Positions 35,727 through 49,185 of a DNA stretch of 64,000 bases are shown here, piece after piece. The position numbers and the translations under genes are program-made. The notes under the pieces are model-generated. The model saw only the letters and a program-made list of their open reading frames with translations. It was not told the origin of the DNA and made no database searches. How positions within the stretch are numbered: position 1 is the stretch's first letter; each line of letters opens with the position of its first letter. This DNA is from Oopsacas minuta (lineage: Eukaryota; Animalia; Porifera): NCBI GenBank assembly GCA_024704765.1, contig JAKMXF010000332.1:1109080-1173079 (forward strand). Direction: 5' to 3'.

Positions 35727-38693
35727 CACTCTTGTCCCGCGACACAACAAACCTTTTGAAACCCTCATCCTTGAATAGTTCTTGTACCTCCCTCTGGGCA
35801 CACTACCCCCATTCTCGATCTGTTGTATGGCGAACGAAATAGAAGGATCATCAGATTGTTCGCTTTTAATCTCCTGCTCTCAGTCCGGATTTGCAATGAG
35901 CTGGTAAACCTTGTCTTCAAAGAACCTCGAATCGTCATTGATCACAGCATTAAAATCTGTCTGGCTCCTACTCACACAATCCGCCACTACGTTCTCACTT
36001 CCTTTTCGATATAAGATTGTATAGTCAATTTCTTCCAGCTCTAGGATCCACCTAACGAAGGTGTGTCTGGGATCTTTCTGAGTTCGTATCCAAGCGAGCG
36101 GATTGTGGTCGCTTACTAAGTAAACACTGTCTGCTGCTTTAAGAGAATCGTACCAGTGCCGTGTTGCAGCTACTAGGGCCCACACCTCCTTCTGCTGCGC
36201 TGGAATTTCTCTGAGTTTAGGTCATTGACGACGAGAAGTAGCTTATAGGTTGTAACCTTGAATCTTTCTGAGAGAGTACTCCAGCGACTGAAACATCGCT
36301 AGCATCAGCTTCGATGTAGAAAGGCTTATCCCACATGGGAAAGGAAAGGGTGACCGGCTCCTTAGTCAGTTTCGCCTTGAGTTTCTAGAAGCTAGACTGC
36401 CTCTCACCATTCCAATCCCAAGCATGTCCCTTTCTAGTCAGTTGGTAGAGAGGCTCGGATATCTGTGCGAAAGCAGGAATATAGTCACGATAAAAGTCAG
36501 CCATTCCAAGGAACCTCTGTAGTTCCTTCACTGTCGAGGTAGGATTAAAGTCAGTTAAGCTCTTTACCAAGGATGGGGATGGAGTGCGCCCCCAGGGGGA
36601 GATTGTATGACCTGGAACTCACCAGTGTCGTAACCGAGACGACACTTATCACGCCAGAACTGGATATTCGCGCTGCGTAAGCAGGACAGAGCCATCCTCA
36701 AATCCGACATGTGCTGATCCCAATTGGCTGAATGAGTTAAGCAATCGTCTACATACGACTCCGTGTTGATGGCGGAATAGAGCGCGGTATCCATTACCCT
36801 CTGGAATGTACTTTGGGAGTTGCACAATCCAAACGGCATAACCAACATCTCATAATGTCCCCTCGGTATGCTGAATGCAGTCTTCTCAACGTCCTCCTCA
36901 CGAACCTTCACACACCAGTAGGCTGATACAGCGTCCAGGAATGAAATACGTTACTTCCTTGAAGCTTATCTATTATTGCCCTTGGGTCAGGCATGGAATA
37001 CGAATCTTTCTTTGTCAAGTCATTCAAAAGCTCGATAATCAATGGCAAACCTCATAGAGCCATCTTTCTTTTTCACCAAAACAATGGAGCTGTTCCAGGG
37101 AGATTTCGAAGGTCGGCAAACGCTATTCCGTAGCATTTCCTCAACTTGACGATTCGCTTCGACTTCTCATATGGGAGGCATCCTGCGTAGTGGTTGTTTC
37201 ACTGGTTGAGCCCCATTCGTGTCAATCAGGTGCTTACCCAAATTCGTCCGAGTAGGTTTCTTTGGATCCAAAACGAAGACATCAACAAACTCACAAAGCA
37301 AACGCGCTAGTCCTTCTCGTCTCTCGCCGTCCAATTTCGGGTTGATGTCATAGTGTATTTCAGAAGTATTGTCGGCTTGATTCGAACATTCGGCGACGAT
37401 AGAACGATCCCAAGGAGTCCCACCCTTGTAAGAAGCAACCGATGCTTTCCAGAAACCACCAAAACATACCTTGCAATTATCCCAGTCGAACTCAACCGAA
37501 TCAAAGTTGGACATAAAATCTCTGCCCAATATGAAGATCCTCTCGTCAGTATCGATTACCTTGAAACGCGAAGTCACGACCTGTTGATCTCCAATATCTA
37601 CAGTCACGTTGACACAACCTAGGACTACGATTGGGACGCTACAGAGCCCAAAAACATGGCCACGTTCTGTTAATTCGGAGGCGCTCCGCCCGATTTTTTG
37701 AAGGGTGCGCCTGTCCAAAACTGAAGGTTTTGCTCCGGTATCCAACATTTCGTGAAGCTTGACTCCATTTGCACTTACTTCTGAAGTAACTGCATTCTCG
37801 TTACAGTGATCTGCAGGCTCGCCTACTCCCTTGACTGAATCTCTCCTCTCACTCGAACAATTCACAAGGTCATGAGCTTTGCCTCCACATATGTCGCAAA
37901 CTCGCTTAGGGCAGAACTTCCATTCATGGCCCCTCTCATGGCATCGATAACACTCTAGTTGTGAAGAAGCGCGCCGCATACCTCTCCAGTTTCGAGTCTG
38001 CCTGGGTTTTAGTCTCAGAGCATTAACACCCGTATTTTCCTGGGAAACGTCAGGATCATCCAGATTGTTAAACTGCTTCTCCGCAGGCTCATCTCTCAGG
38101 TTCGCCACCTTGACAAAACTCCGCAAACCGATATCAAGGGCTAATCCATTCTGGCTCAAGAACTCCTTAACCTTCACGATGAATTATCCTGCTTCAATTT
38201 CGGCTAACGCCTCTTTATCAGCAATCTCTGCCTTTGCTTTATCCCTGACTTCCTTAGGAAGCTGTCCCGTCAAAATCACACATGCAAACCGGGGACCCAA
38301 TTAGCTCTTTTCACTTCATGTAGTAGGCTGTAGAAAAAATCACCAACGGGCACTCCAGGCTGCCACTTCATTTGATTCACTCAAGCGACAGCTTCGAACT
38401 CATCGACAGGTGGATCGAGCCTCTTCTTCAACAAGTAGAACGCTACTTCTAGTGTATCTTTCCCAAGCACCGCTTCTTTCGCAACATCCTTCTCTTCTAG
38501 GTTTCGGCAAACAAAGGCTGGCAACATACTGACGAGGATCTTGACGCCTCCCTCACCTTGAGCAAGAAGTGGTCCTACGGCTGCCGTAAATAGCGGTTGC
38601 CAATCCTCGATCCGTTCAGTAGTGGTGAGCGGTGGTACTGGGATACCTTGATTCTGTGCAGCCATCAGACACGATTGAACTTATTACTCTTTA

Positions 38694-38848
38694 TGTTATG
38701 AAACAAGCGATACAGGTTTAATCAAGTATGTCCGAAAGAAATAGTAATAAGTAAGTTGCTCAAAATTGGCCTACTCTATTCTACATAACGATTAAAGCTA
38801 CGTACTAACTTATGGTTAACTAACAAGCTATCCTCTAATACTATAACA
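38694..38848 (-). repeat. Putative 5' LTR (155 bp) of the Gypsy element
   Basis: Segment bounded by TGTTAT...ATAACA, ending 29 nt upstream of the gag ATG. No second copy in the window. Confidence 0.6.
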
Positions 38849-39329
38849 CATTAATTAATAAATTTACATCGATATATAAACTTGGTTGAAAACAACGGTT
38901 GCCAGGATCCACCATTAAGCATTTCAAACCTCCTTTAGAAATTACATCAGTTTCCAACATTTTCCACACTCTATCAAGGTGTTTCCATTATTTTTAAGTC
39001 CCACCATTCAGTCAGACACTTACTCAACCGAAACTAGTACTAGGAGGTTATCCACTAAACTTCTTAAACTTAAACTTTGTTTTGTTGCTAATTGAAGCAA
39101 ATGTTTATTGTTGGAGCCCAAGCCACAATTTTGAGGTATCGGTACCAATATAGGCGGATATCCTACCAATGAATTTTGAAAGTCCATTATATGTATCTAA
39201 AATGCATGATTGCAGTCTGGGAGTGGTAGCTTTCATGAAAACAAATTAATTTTAGCAGATCCAACCTTCGGAGTAGCGACAAAGGGCAATGTTGACAACT
39301 TGGAATTGGTTAAAGTTATAAATGTGCTA

Positions 39330-39492
39330 CAGTGGAGTTTATTTATTATTAAGTCGGGTTTTGTACGAGAAAACTTGCTAATAAGCGAACTTGTTTATAC
39401 ATAAATCCTTATACCTTTGCTCCATGCACTGAAAACACTTGCTAATAAGCGAATCTTGCTAATAAGGCAATTGCTAATAGACGAACTCTATT
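39330..39492. mobile_element. Decayed pogo-type MITE
   Basis: TA-CAGTGGAG start, internal repeats of GCTAATAAGCGAA, and a weak right TIR. Confidence 0.4.
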
Positions 39493-40099
39493 CTACTTGA
39501 TTATTGAATCATACATCATCCATGTCACAATGAAGATCAGGAAATGATGTTTGCCTATGATTATGTGAACTATGCACAATATTTGCCAGTGTATTACTAA
39601 GGTATGTCAAATGATTTTGGCGAAGTGCTAACTCATCATGGGATTTTTACGCAATCATGACTGTACAAAAAGTCCAAATTTCGAAAATTTTGAGTATTTC
39701 TTAATATTCAAGATATGAAGTGCCCAGAATTGCTCGCCAAAATGAATATAAATAATTTACTCATACCGATAGCTAATTTATTCGAAAAATATCATGGTAG
39801 AACAAAGAATCGAAGAAATCTGATTTGATATTCACCTAAATTCTATTCAATAAGAAAAATTAATTGCAAATCTCTGATTTTTGAAGTAAAATCCTATTGG
39901 GTGCCAAAAAATATTTAAATTAATTTAAATTGAATATACAATTAATCGATTAATGTAGTATTTGGAATATCACGTGACTTTAGAATTTAAAGGTAAAGTT
40001 GATAGCGAGTTTGAGTGTGACAAGTAATACTATTTTACACTACAAGACAGAATGCTAAAATCGAATTTACTATGTGTTGATTGATATCAAAATGTTGTT

Positions 40100-40470
40100 T
40101 CTGGTAGCACTCAGTTCGTATTGTGGATCCGCAACTTCTTCCGCTTCCTAATCTCAACAGCTCCTCTGATCCTTATCTTCTCCCACATATTCTCGCTCGC
40201 GATTACTACCATTTTGTCAAATTCGATGGTGTGACCCTCCATTACCATATGTCTTGCAAGTTTGGACTTATTCACATCCTCTTGCTGAGAGTCCTTCATA
40301 TTTTCTCCTCGCCTCTCCTTCAATTTACTCATCGTCTCTCCAATGTATCATTCACTGCAGCTTCACATGGTTGTTGATAGATGACATTCTTCCGTTCTTC
40401 CTATCGTATGGTTGACTTTGCAATATTCAGAAGTGTCTTCAGTGTTGTTCTTCCCTTAAACACAGTTCTT
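40100..40470 (-). mobile_element. Penelope-like retroelement GIY-YIG endonuclease fragment
   Basis: KNVIYQQPC/CSE*YIGETMSKLKERRGE...SKLARHMVMEGHTIEFDKMVVIASE...RIRGAVEI. Confidence 0.8.
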
Positions 40471-41467
40471 ACTTCATGTTTGGCCATTAACCTGAGTATC
40501 TTATAGTTAACCTATTGATTACCATCGACGTAACATGTCATATCAAATTCTAGACAACTGTTATTATGTGATTTCCATGGTTAAATGTGTGTCAAGCGAC
40601 AAATTTGAAATTTATTCAAAATAAACATGCCCGTTCTATTCCATAAATTAAGGCATAGAAATGGTCCGTTCCGGCCCGTGAGTTTTCCAAGATCCTCGAT
40701 ATTGTAGTAGTGGCGCGCCAAAACACAAATCCAAAAATGAAAAGAAGGGAGAGGGAGATAGGGTTTCTTAAAATGTCCCTGCTGTCTCAAATTTTTTGGA
40801 ATCCGGGAGATACGAGCAGCTAGTGTATTGCGGTCCTTGTGCATAGGGGCCTGTTGCGCAACAACTCATGTTCCGTCCCTATTCTAAGGTAATGGAGTAT
40901 ACTTATCCCAAAGATGATATTGCCCAATGTATTGTAAATATTTGTTGTTGTTTAGGTGTATGAAGCAGAGAAATTTCTAAATAGTCTTAGAAACATAGTT
41001 TCAACGGTTAAATACGGGGTAATCGAGTACGCTGATTTCCTTTTTCGCACCTTCAAATGCACACATGTATAAATAATGAGACAAACTGACCTATTGTCCT
41101 ATAACCGATTCTTTCAGAGATAGGACATTCTGAGGTCCATATTTACATTGTTAGAGTTCAATAGGACTATTAGTACTCGAGAAATGATCTTGGAGAATTT
41201 CAAAGATGACGTCACTGAGTGTTCCCATATTTCCGATTTTATGCAAAAACATGAAAAATATGTATGTTTATGTATGTCCAAAATCTATCTCTTACGCCAA
41301 AAAGGTCACTGAACTTGAACCACAAACATTAATCAGGTCAGCTGATTTTATGACGTCAATACATTGGCATAGGGAGGTCGACACTTTGAACCTCTATAAT
41401 TTCAAAAATTATTTGTGCAATTAATTTTCTGTCAACCATGCACTTCTACCACCTGTGTGAAAAAGTA

Positions 41468-41893
41468 CAGTAAACTCCCTGTTATAACCATGTCGGATAC
41501 AACTAAACTCAGCTTATGAAGTGGTCCAATGATCTGTAATTCCTTCCAACTAATTATATCATAAAAATTTCGTTTATAACGAAATAGTTGGATGGATACA
41601 GCGAAATTCCGCTTCTCATGAAGTTATTTGTTACCCCCCTTTAGGTCAAAAGCTATTGAATTACAGCCTGTTATAACGAAGTTCGCTCATAACAACCCCA
41701 GTTGAACTAATTTTGTTCTAATTGATATTATATTAGATAAAACTCCGTATTTAACGACTTGGATTAAAAACACGCTATTATTGACATCATTTTACAAACT
41801 AATGTGCATTAACGTACTACGGTTTCAACAATCTTCGCTTACAAGGAATTAAAACCGAGGTCCCGAGCACTCCGTTATAAGGGAAGTTTGTTG
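41468..41893. mobile_element. pogo-type non-autonomous element
   Basis: TA-CAGTAAACTCCCTGTTATAAC at the left end and GTTATAAGGGAAGTTTGTTG-TA at the right end. Confidence 0.65.
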
Positions 41894-42402
41894 TATTATA
41901 CAAATTTGAGCCAAATCGGAGAAAATTGAAATTGTGTGTAGTGGTAGCCTATATAGCCTTCTCAAAATGATACAACCACCTAGCAAAATCCTATCTGGAG
42001 AACTAAAAGTGCTATTGAAAAAATGCAAAAAGTTACCTCTGAATGTCCTCTTTCTGAATTAATCGCTATCAGGACGATAGGTTAGTTTTCTTATTCCCTG
42101 TCATTAACTATACTAGAGCCGAGATTCACTAGCATTTATACGTCCCTTATCTCATTTCAAATCTACTCTATATTTTCTTGATGGTTTCTGATTTGTGAAT
42201 CAAAATTTTGCTATTTTCTATGTATTTTAATATTTGGTCAAATTGGGAAAGTAAATTACCAAAGTTAATATTTTGAGATACTGGAAATTTTTTGAAATGA
42301 GGGTTGTTAAATGCATACTATTTTTAGCACTTTGAATTTAATACTATGGCGATAGGGTATGTGCTACATGATTCCAACCAACCCGCCTCCAAGGCACTAT
42401 TA

Positions 42403-43683
42403 CGAGGGGCACTGGAAAAGTTTTGTCGTTTATATACTTATATAATAGGTACATATTATATGGTCACATTTTTTCAAAATACTTGCCCTGACACTCTATA
42501 CACCTTTTCATGCGTTTAAACTAGGTATCAAAGCACATTTTCCATTCTTCTTTGAGTATCTCCTCAATTGCTAAGAAAAGTGCGCCGGTCCTCTTCATTG
42601 CTGAAAAATCTCCTCCCACGAAGTTGATCTTTCAGCTTTGAGAATAACCAAAAATCACAAGGGGTTAGATCTGGACTGTAGGGTGGGTGGGGTAGCGTTC
42701 CGATCCTAGAATTCTCTAAAAACTCACCAGTTCTTAGTGCTGTATGTGATGAAGCATTATCGTGGTGAACCAGGATTCCTCGGACACCTGACTTCTCACG
42801 TTGTTTTTCGATAGCACTGAATTCTTTCGGAAGACATATTGTGGTATACCAATCAGCGGTAACTGTCTTCCTATCCTCAAGTGTAATTCCTTCAACAAAT
42901 CCACTACGTTTAAAGAAATCGCCCACATCTGCTTTCCGACTGATCTAATTCTCCGGAACTTTGTTGGAGGTAAACCACTTTCTTCGACCCACTTTTTAGA
43001 TTGTCTCTTCGTTTCAGGGTCATAGTGGCATATCCATGTCTCATCGCCTGTGAGTATTTTAGAAACAGCTCTAGAAGTTCCATTAGCAAATCTTTTAAGC
43101 ATAATTTTGCAAAAGTCCACTCGGCACTTTTCTGATCGGACGACAAAGAATACGGAATCCAACCGAGCTCTTTATGTAAGATGACGTTTATACTCTCCGA
43201 TTACAATTTGGTTTCATGCTCTAACTGAGCGTAAGTAACACGAGGGTCTTTTGTTACATCGTCCAACACTAGCTCTATATTTTCAACCGTGTGTGTAATA
43301 CTGGGCCTACCAGGGCGGGGACCATCATCAAGAATAAAATTTGCATGAATAAACTCTGAGTACTATCCCTCTGCTGTTCTCAAACAAGGAGCTATATTTG
43401 GAAAGTGCTTCTGCAAAGTTTCGTGTATTTCCAAACTGCTCTTCTCAAGTTTGATCAAAATTAAAATCATCGCTCTAAAATCGCGTCTTGTGAGGTCAGA
43501 TTCTGGTTGAGGAAGCATCACGCCATAGCTTTTAGAGATCAAGCAATTCGAAAAGTACAAAAGATAAACGGATAAAATTTGTGGTGTAGGTAAATAATAT
43601 GCGTCTAAATAGATATATAATAAACTTATTAGAAAGTATTTGTGGTTTGATAACAACCGACAGAACTTTTCGAGTGCCCTTCG
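42403..43683 (-). mobile_element. mariner (DD34D) transposon with a pseudogenised transposase (about 42464-43518)
   Basis: TIRs CGAGGGGCACTGGAAAAGTTTTGTCG and its imperfect partner, with TA TSDs. Motifs ILTGDETW, HHDNASSH and HPPYSPDLTPCDFWLF (D-34-D). Confidence 0.93.
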
Positions 43684-43813
43684 TATGCGACCAGGTAATA
43701 AGTGGCAATTGATATTGGAAATATAGGATCCCTGAGCAATAATTGCATTGTCCTAAGTCGTTAAACCACTTTGGGGATCAGTTAATCGGATTATAATTTA
43801 TTTGCCTCCAACA

Positions 43814-44075
43814 ACTTAAATTGGCAATCTCCCCAATGCCTTTCATTGCTGTCTATAAATTGAGAAGCATTCTATATTATAGTAGATACTGAACCGCTTA
43901 TATCAAATTAATAGACTTCATATTAAGTGATCTAAGCTAAGCTAAACTCAGGGATACATTTTATAGAGGGATATTAATATTACACAGTCCTTGCAGTATA
44001 TCTAGCATAATATACGTTGTATTCTTCTCAAGTCTATGACAGCGATGAAAGACTGGGGAGATTGCCGATTTAAGT
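43814..44075. mobile_element. Fold-back MITE with about 40-bp inverted arms
   Basis: ACTTAAATTGGCAATCTCCCCAATGCCTTTCATTGCTGTC versus GACAGCGATGAAAGACTGGGGAGATTGCCGATTTAAGT. Confidence 0.65.
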
Positions 44076-44884
44076 AAGGAGTTAAATGAACTATAATCCT
44101 ACTAAATGATCTTATCAGAGATTTATGATCAATGTTAAACATTTGATGTTATTCTTTTGTGCCTGTTTTGGAGCCCCTTATCAAATTCCGCCATATACAC
44201 CATTAAGGATTTTCGCCATCAGAGTAAGGTACGGAGAATACACAAAATAAATCAATTAGTTATTATTAGTATTTTATATGTAGCTATATATGCCCTTAGT
44301 AAGTAATATAATGTTAGATCATTGGCTTCACTCTAACATAGTAGAGTAGTCGTTTGAACTTCGATCTGATTTCGGGGAATATTCCGCTTCAAATCCCTGG
44401 ATTTGCTCGCATTGTTGATAGTTTATAGTTTATTAGTATTGTATTATTTTGTTAGTACTGTCTATTGTTGTAGTAATTACTCATAGATATAAAAAGGCCT
44501 ATACAGTATTCATATTCTATTAATAGAATAGCTATTGAGCTAAGATTTTTCATGCTTGTTGAGAGACGGTATACGTTAAAGAATTAATGAATAATCTATT
44601 TCTGTGACAACCAGGATTTACTAATTAGAAATTCCAACACTTTTTCGCCATATTTACCATCTTCCACCATTTCTACCATTTTACACAATTCATTCAGACA
44701 CTTTGGCTAATAAAATTGTATTAGCAAGCCACATATTTTAATGGTTGAAACCTGACCAGCCTGATAGTTTCCTACGGCCATGATATATTTAATGTGCAAT
44801 TTAACAATTTATTTGGATATATTCTCCCTTTTTTATTTATTAGACAACCATTTTCGTTTTGAAGAATTGTTCAGATAAATATTC

Positions 44885-45436
44885 ATGTCATGTTCACCAG
44901 TAGCCAATAAACGTCGAATGGACACTGACGTCTGTAAATTGATTGAAAATAAATATGAAGTAACAATTCTTGGAGGTCTAAACGAATTAATGGTGAAATT
45001 TCATGGTCCAGATGGAACTCCTTATCAAGGAGGCATCTGGAAAGTACGTGTCGACATTCCTGAAAAGTATCCCTTCAAATCTCCTTCTATTGGGTTTCTA
45101 AACAGAATTTATCATCCTAATATTGACGAAGCTTCAGGTTCTGTTTGTTTGGATGTTATAAACCAATCTTGGACAGCTTTGTATGATCTTCAAAATGTTT
45201 TCGAATCTTTCTTGCCCCAACTTCTGACGTATCCAAACCCTAGTGACCCTCTTAATGGAGATGCTGCTACTCTGTTCATTAACAAACCAGAGGATTATAA
45301 GATTCGAGTTCGGGAATACATTGAAAAGTATGCGACTTTAAAAGCTCTTAAGGAAGCTGAAGGAGAGGAGCTTAGTTCTAGTGAGAGTTCCATCTCAGAT
45401 CTCTCAGAAGATGAGACACAAGACATGGAATTATGA
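44885..45436 (+). CDS. UBE2H: Ubiquitin-conjugating enzyme E2 H (Ubc8 family), intronless CDS, 183 aa
   Basis: [12 protein letters not shown]...[36 protein letters not shown]...DPLNGDAA and the acidic tail SSSESS.SD.SEDE.QDMEL match animal UBE2H. The catalytic Cys is intact. Confidence 0.97.
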   Translation: MSCSPVANKRRMDTDVCKLIENKYEVTILGGLNELMVKFHGPDGTPYQGGIWKVRVDIPEKYPFKSPSIGFLNRIYHPNIDEASGSVCLDVINQSWTALYDLQNVFESFLPQLLTYPNPSDPLNGDAATLFINKPEDYKIRVREYIEKYATLKALKEAEGEELSSSESSISDLSEDETQDMEL

Positions 45437-47877
45437 CAGTATTTGACCAACTTACTCTATTTGTTGTATTTTACTATTTACAATGTTTACATGTGGGTAT
45501 GTATTATTTATTAATCATTGTCATTGAGTGGTGAGCAATTTTTAAATTCCTATTCCTGTTCGTTCATTACGGCAATAGTATGAATATAGTCTATACACTA
45601 AGACGATTGCGTTGAATGATTTAATGAAGGGATAAGTTATTGAATTTAGAGATTTACCCAAAACTGTGTTATATTTGTGTGATTCTACATTCTTATCCAA
45701 TAAGTGTACAGTCAACTCGCTTAATTGTGACAAGCGGAGTTTGTCCCAATTGAGCGTGTTTGTAGGGTGAAAAACAGTAACTTAATGAAGAAAAAATCCT
45801 ATTACTTGGGAGAAAAATTTCTCTGTCCCTGGGCTTATTTTCGACATTGTTTACGGAAGGTAATAAACGATCGGCAAATATCAAATTTGTAATTTAGGTG
45901 TGAACTATACATTCCTGGGTTACCAGTTGTTCTGCATAAAATAAGGACTACCAGTTGAAATTGTAGCATGCTCAGTAATGGCCCCTAGTGAGTACTTTTC
46001 ATTACAAGATCATAAATACTAAATACAGTTTAAATCGTTTTTATGCCTCTTCGGAATTTTTGGCTGCTTGCACGTGCTTGTTTCTCCATAATGCTATTCC
46101 ATACGAAATATAATGTGTTTTTGATACTGTGTTATTTGCGTATCGAGTTATTTTCCCTCAGTTGTGCCATCTTGCATGCGTCAATAATGTATGGTAAAAT
46201 TCACGATTTCGATTGCAATTTTTATTGATCATAATGAAGAAATTTTAGTATATGATTAGTTAGTTATATACATAAATAATTGATTTTTGTGGTCTCTAGA
46301 CTGCACCATTTTCGAAGCATATAGTAGTTTGTAATTGAATCTGGTTTTATTGCCTATCGGGGTTTTCAACTTTTTCAGTTCATTTTTTAGGCTAAAAGCA
46401 AGATATGGAATAATATACGTAGTAATTTTGAATATAAAAGGACAATGAGGACAAATATGAAAAGAAACGGACACGGAAAATACATTTTCGAAAAATAGGG
46501 TGATGCGGAGTTGATTGAGCTACAAGCGCGCTCGCTTGCTTCACAAAATGTCAGAAATTTTATGACCCAAAATACTTCTGTATGCAAAATCAATCTTGGA
46601 GTATTCCAGTTTATTCAATCAATTTCAACATTCACTACAAACATAGTATTAATAGTATTCACGCAGTGGTGCCTCGCCAAAATCGAAGAAAAGCAAAGGG
46701 TTAACATGAATAGGGCACTTTCTATTAATGTTAACCCATTTCTTACAAATCCTAGGTGAAACTGCCCTCAGAACAGAAGTTGGGTGGGCGTCGCCCTCCC
46801 ACGCCCGCCCCCCACCACCATTGTATATACGTATACCTATATACATATAGCAGTGGCGGATCCAGGATTAGAAAAAGGGGGCGGCAAAGAGCAGCTGTGA
46901 TTTAGCCGATTACAGCCGAATTGTTACATTCATAACGAAGAGGAGCACTATAATTTGCCACTTCGTTTTCACAATTTCCCGCACCCGAATCGAGATTTAG
47001 CACCTTTTGACCTACACATTTTCCCGGCAGTGTTCTGTTAATAAACAAAGAGACAAAGTCTCTGCTGTTTTTCTAAAGAAATTTAAAATGTTCCCTATAA
47101 ATGGGCTAATTGAGACTTTATTTGGTGAATTGGTTGGAAATTAGTTCAGCGTGAGTCGCTTAATTGGGACAGCTCGGGAGTCACTGTTTAGTCCCGATTA
47201 ACCGAGCATGATTATTTAAGCATTCAAAACTAGTTTTCATGATCTCATAGCCGGATATCTGAATCACCACTTCTATATCCTGGCTATAGTGTCTAGTAAA
47301 GATGAGAAGTTGTAGTATGCGTAAAAAAGTTATGGTTGTATATATCACGCATATTCCCATTTATAAAACAAACCGTATACATGATTCTGAATAAATTTCT
47401 CGATATCACAGAATAGATTAATTGTGATAGAGGTCCCAACGATTATAAATTTGATATTGTGTTACTCGGGAAAGAAATCCCAAATAACCGATTCGATGTA
47501 CAAATTATCAACGATTATTATGTAAAATTTCATTTCCCTAAACATTTTCTCGTTTAGGCGAATTTCCCGATTAAGTTACTTCCACTGTATAGATTACAAC
47601 AATTATTGTATATACGTTTATTTAAATTCTGCCCAAATTAGTCCTATCTTATCCTAATACAACTTTCGTTCAATATCAATCCCAATGCACAAATTTCCTA
47701 GTCTCATATACCAAAATCATTTATTCTAATACAACTTTTGTTCATTATCAATTACAAATTCTGCACAAATTACATCGTACGAGTGTGAAGTTAGCGGAGG
47801 ATACGCCTGAGCATACTTGAAATTGAAATTTGATGCCCTTCCCATTGTTTGATTTGGTTAAATATTATATAACAAAT

Positions 47878-48030
47878 AGAAGACAGGGACGTTTATGAAT
47901 GTGTAAAAATGTTTTAAATTTTGCATCACGAAAAATGTACTACAGATGTTTTCGAAATTAAAATTTCAACTAATTCCACATGTTCAGAACATTGGATGTG
48001 TTGTTGTGATAAAACTTTGCAAATCATGTT
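47878..48030 (+). repeat. Dispersed repeat; inverted copy at about 52770-52940
   Basis: AATAGAAGACAG(A)GGGACGTTTATGAAT...TTCAGAACAT.GGA.GT...GTGA.AAAA.TTTGCAAA is shared. Confidence 0.65.
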
Positions 48031-49185
48031 TACATTCTTTTGAGAAATAGTTTTTTAAGTTTGACTTAATTTAGTTTCTAATTCGAATACTATACTATCT
48101 TCATATATAATTATGTGGGAAGCAACCTAGACCTAGAATGATTTATTTTGTTAATGTTGATTATAATGATTTTATTCAGTTTAGCGTTCAGAATTATTAC
48201 TTCCAACCTACACTAATTATCTGCGATAATTTCTCATAAAATTATAAACTCTATTAATTATCTTGAAATCATTACTATTTAATACAAATATATGTACTAA
48301 CTAAAAATGTCAAACCGCCAGGCTGATAGTGCAACTCGGGTCTCTGAGTCATCTTTCCTACCAATGAACTAAATCATTACTCTTGCTCTGCAACGCCATT
48401 ACCGGAAGTCTGAAATTTTCCGCCTGCAATTATCTTCAATGACATAATATATTTTGCACTTACAGAAAACTAATTTTCTTTGTAGGCCTTGATTTCAATT
48501 AATACTTTAGTCACAATTCTGATCCTATTTATATCTACTCAGCAGTCAAAACTTGGATACTATAGATACTATAGTTCGTCTATCAAATCCCAGGATAATT
48601 TTCAACACTTTCATGGCCAATTATTTTCGCTCACATTGTTAACAATTCATATACAAAGGTTATTATAAAATACCGAAAATAATGCAAGTTTGGATCGATT
48701 CCACTTACCTTGATGATATATATAATTAGAAGTAGCATGGCGGGGCTACACCTGTTAAAGCTAGTGGGTGTCCTTCCTTGAGGATTATGAATATGAAATG
48801 CAATAGTATACGAGAATGTCATCCTGGACAAATGAAATGCATTACTAGAAGCTTGAATATATTGATGAAATTGATAAAACACTGGACGGTTGTTACATGT
48901 GAAAATATAATTCGTATCAACCATTCAAGTCCTAATTATCCATTGATACAAATACTAGTATGAGTATTATTGTTTGATTTGAATAGATATAATTTAGTGA
49001 CATTCTTAACTCGTGTTAGAACCAAGTTGAATATAATAAAACTATCGTTATAATAATGTGATTCTCTACACCTTAAAGCTTGAAAGTAATTGATATTACT
49101 CCATTTACGAAGAAATTCTGCAATAAAGAAATGAAACAAGGGTTCCTAGGACTTAGTTCATAGTAACCTGGTACGTCGTACTGTA

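Larger units (their letters stand above)
28640..38848 (-). mobile_element. Ty3/Gypsy LTR retrotransposon, 3'-truncated and interrupted by two Transib insertions
   Basis: On the minus strand: gag from 38665 with knuckles CYRCHERGHEWKFC and CDICGGKAHDLVNC, protease MLDTGA, RT MPFGLCNS...YVDD, RNase H (IEADAS, SDHNPL), integrase HHCC, TDQGRN, GLAERS and GPY motif. Frameshifted throughout. Confidence 0.93.
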
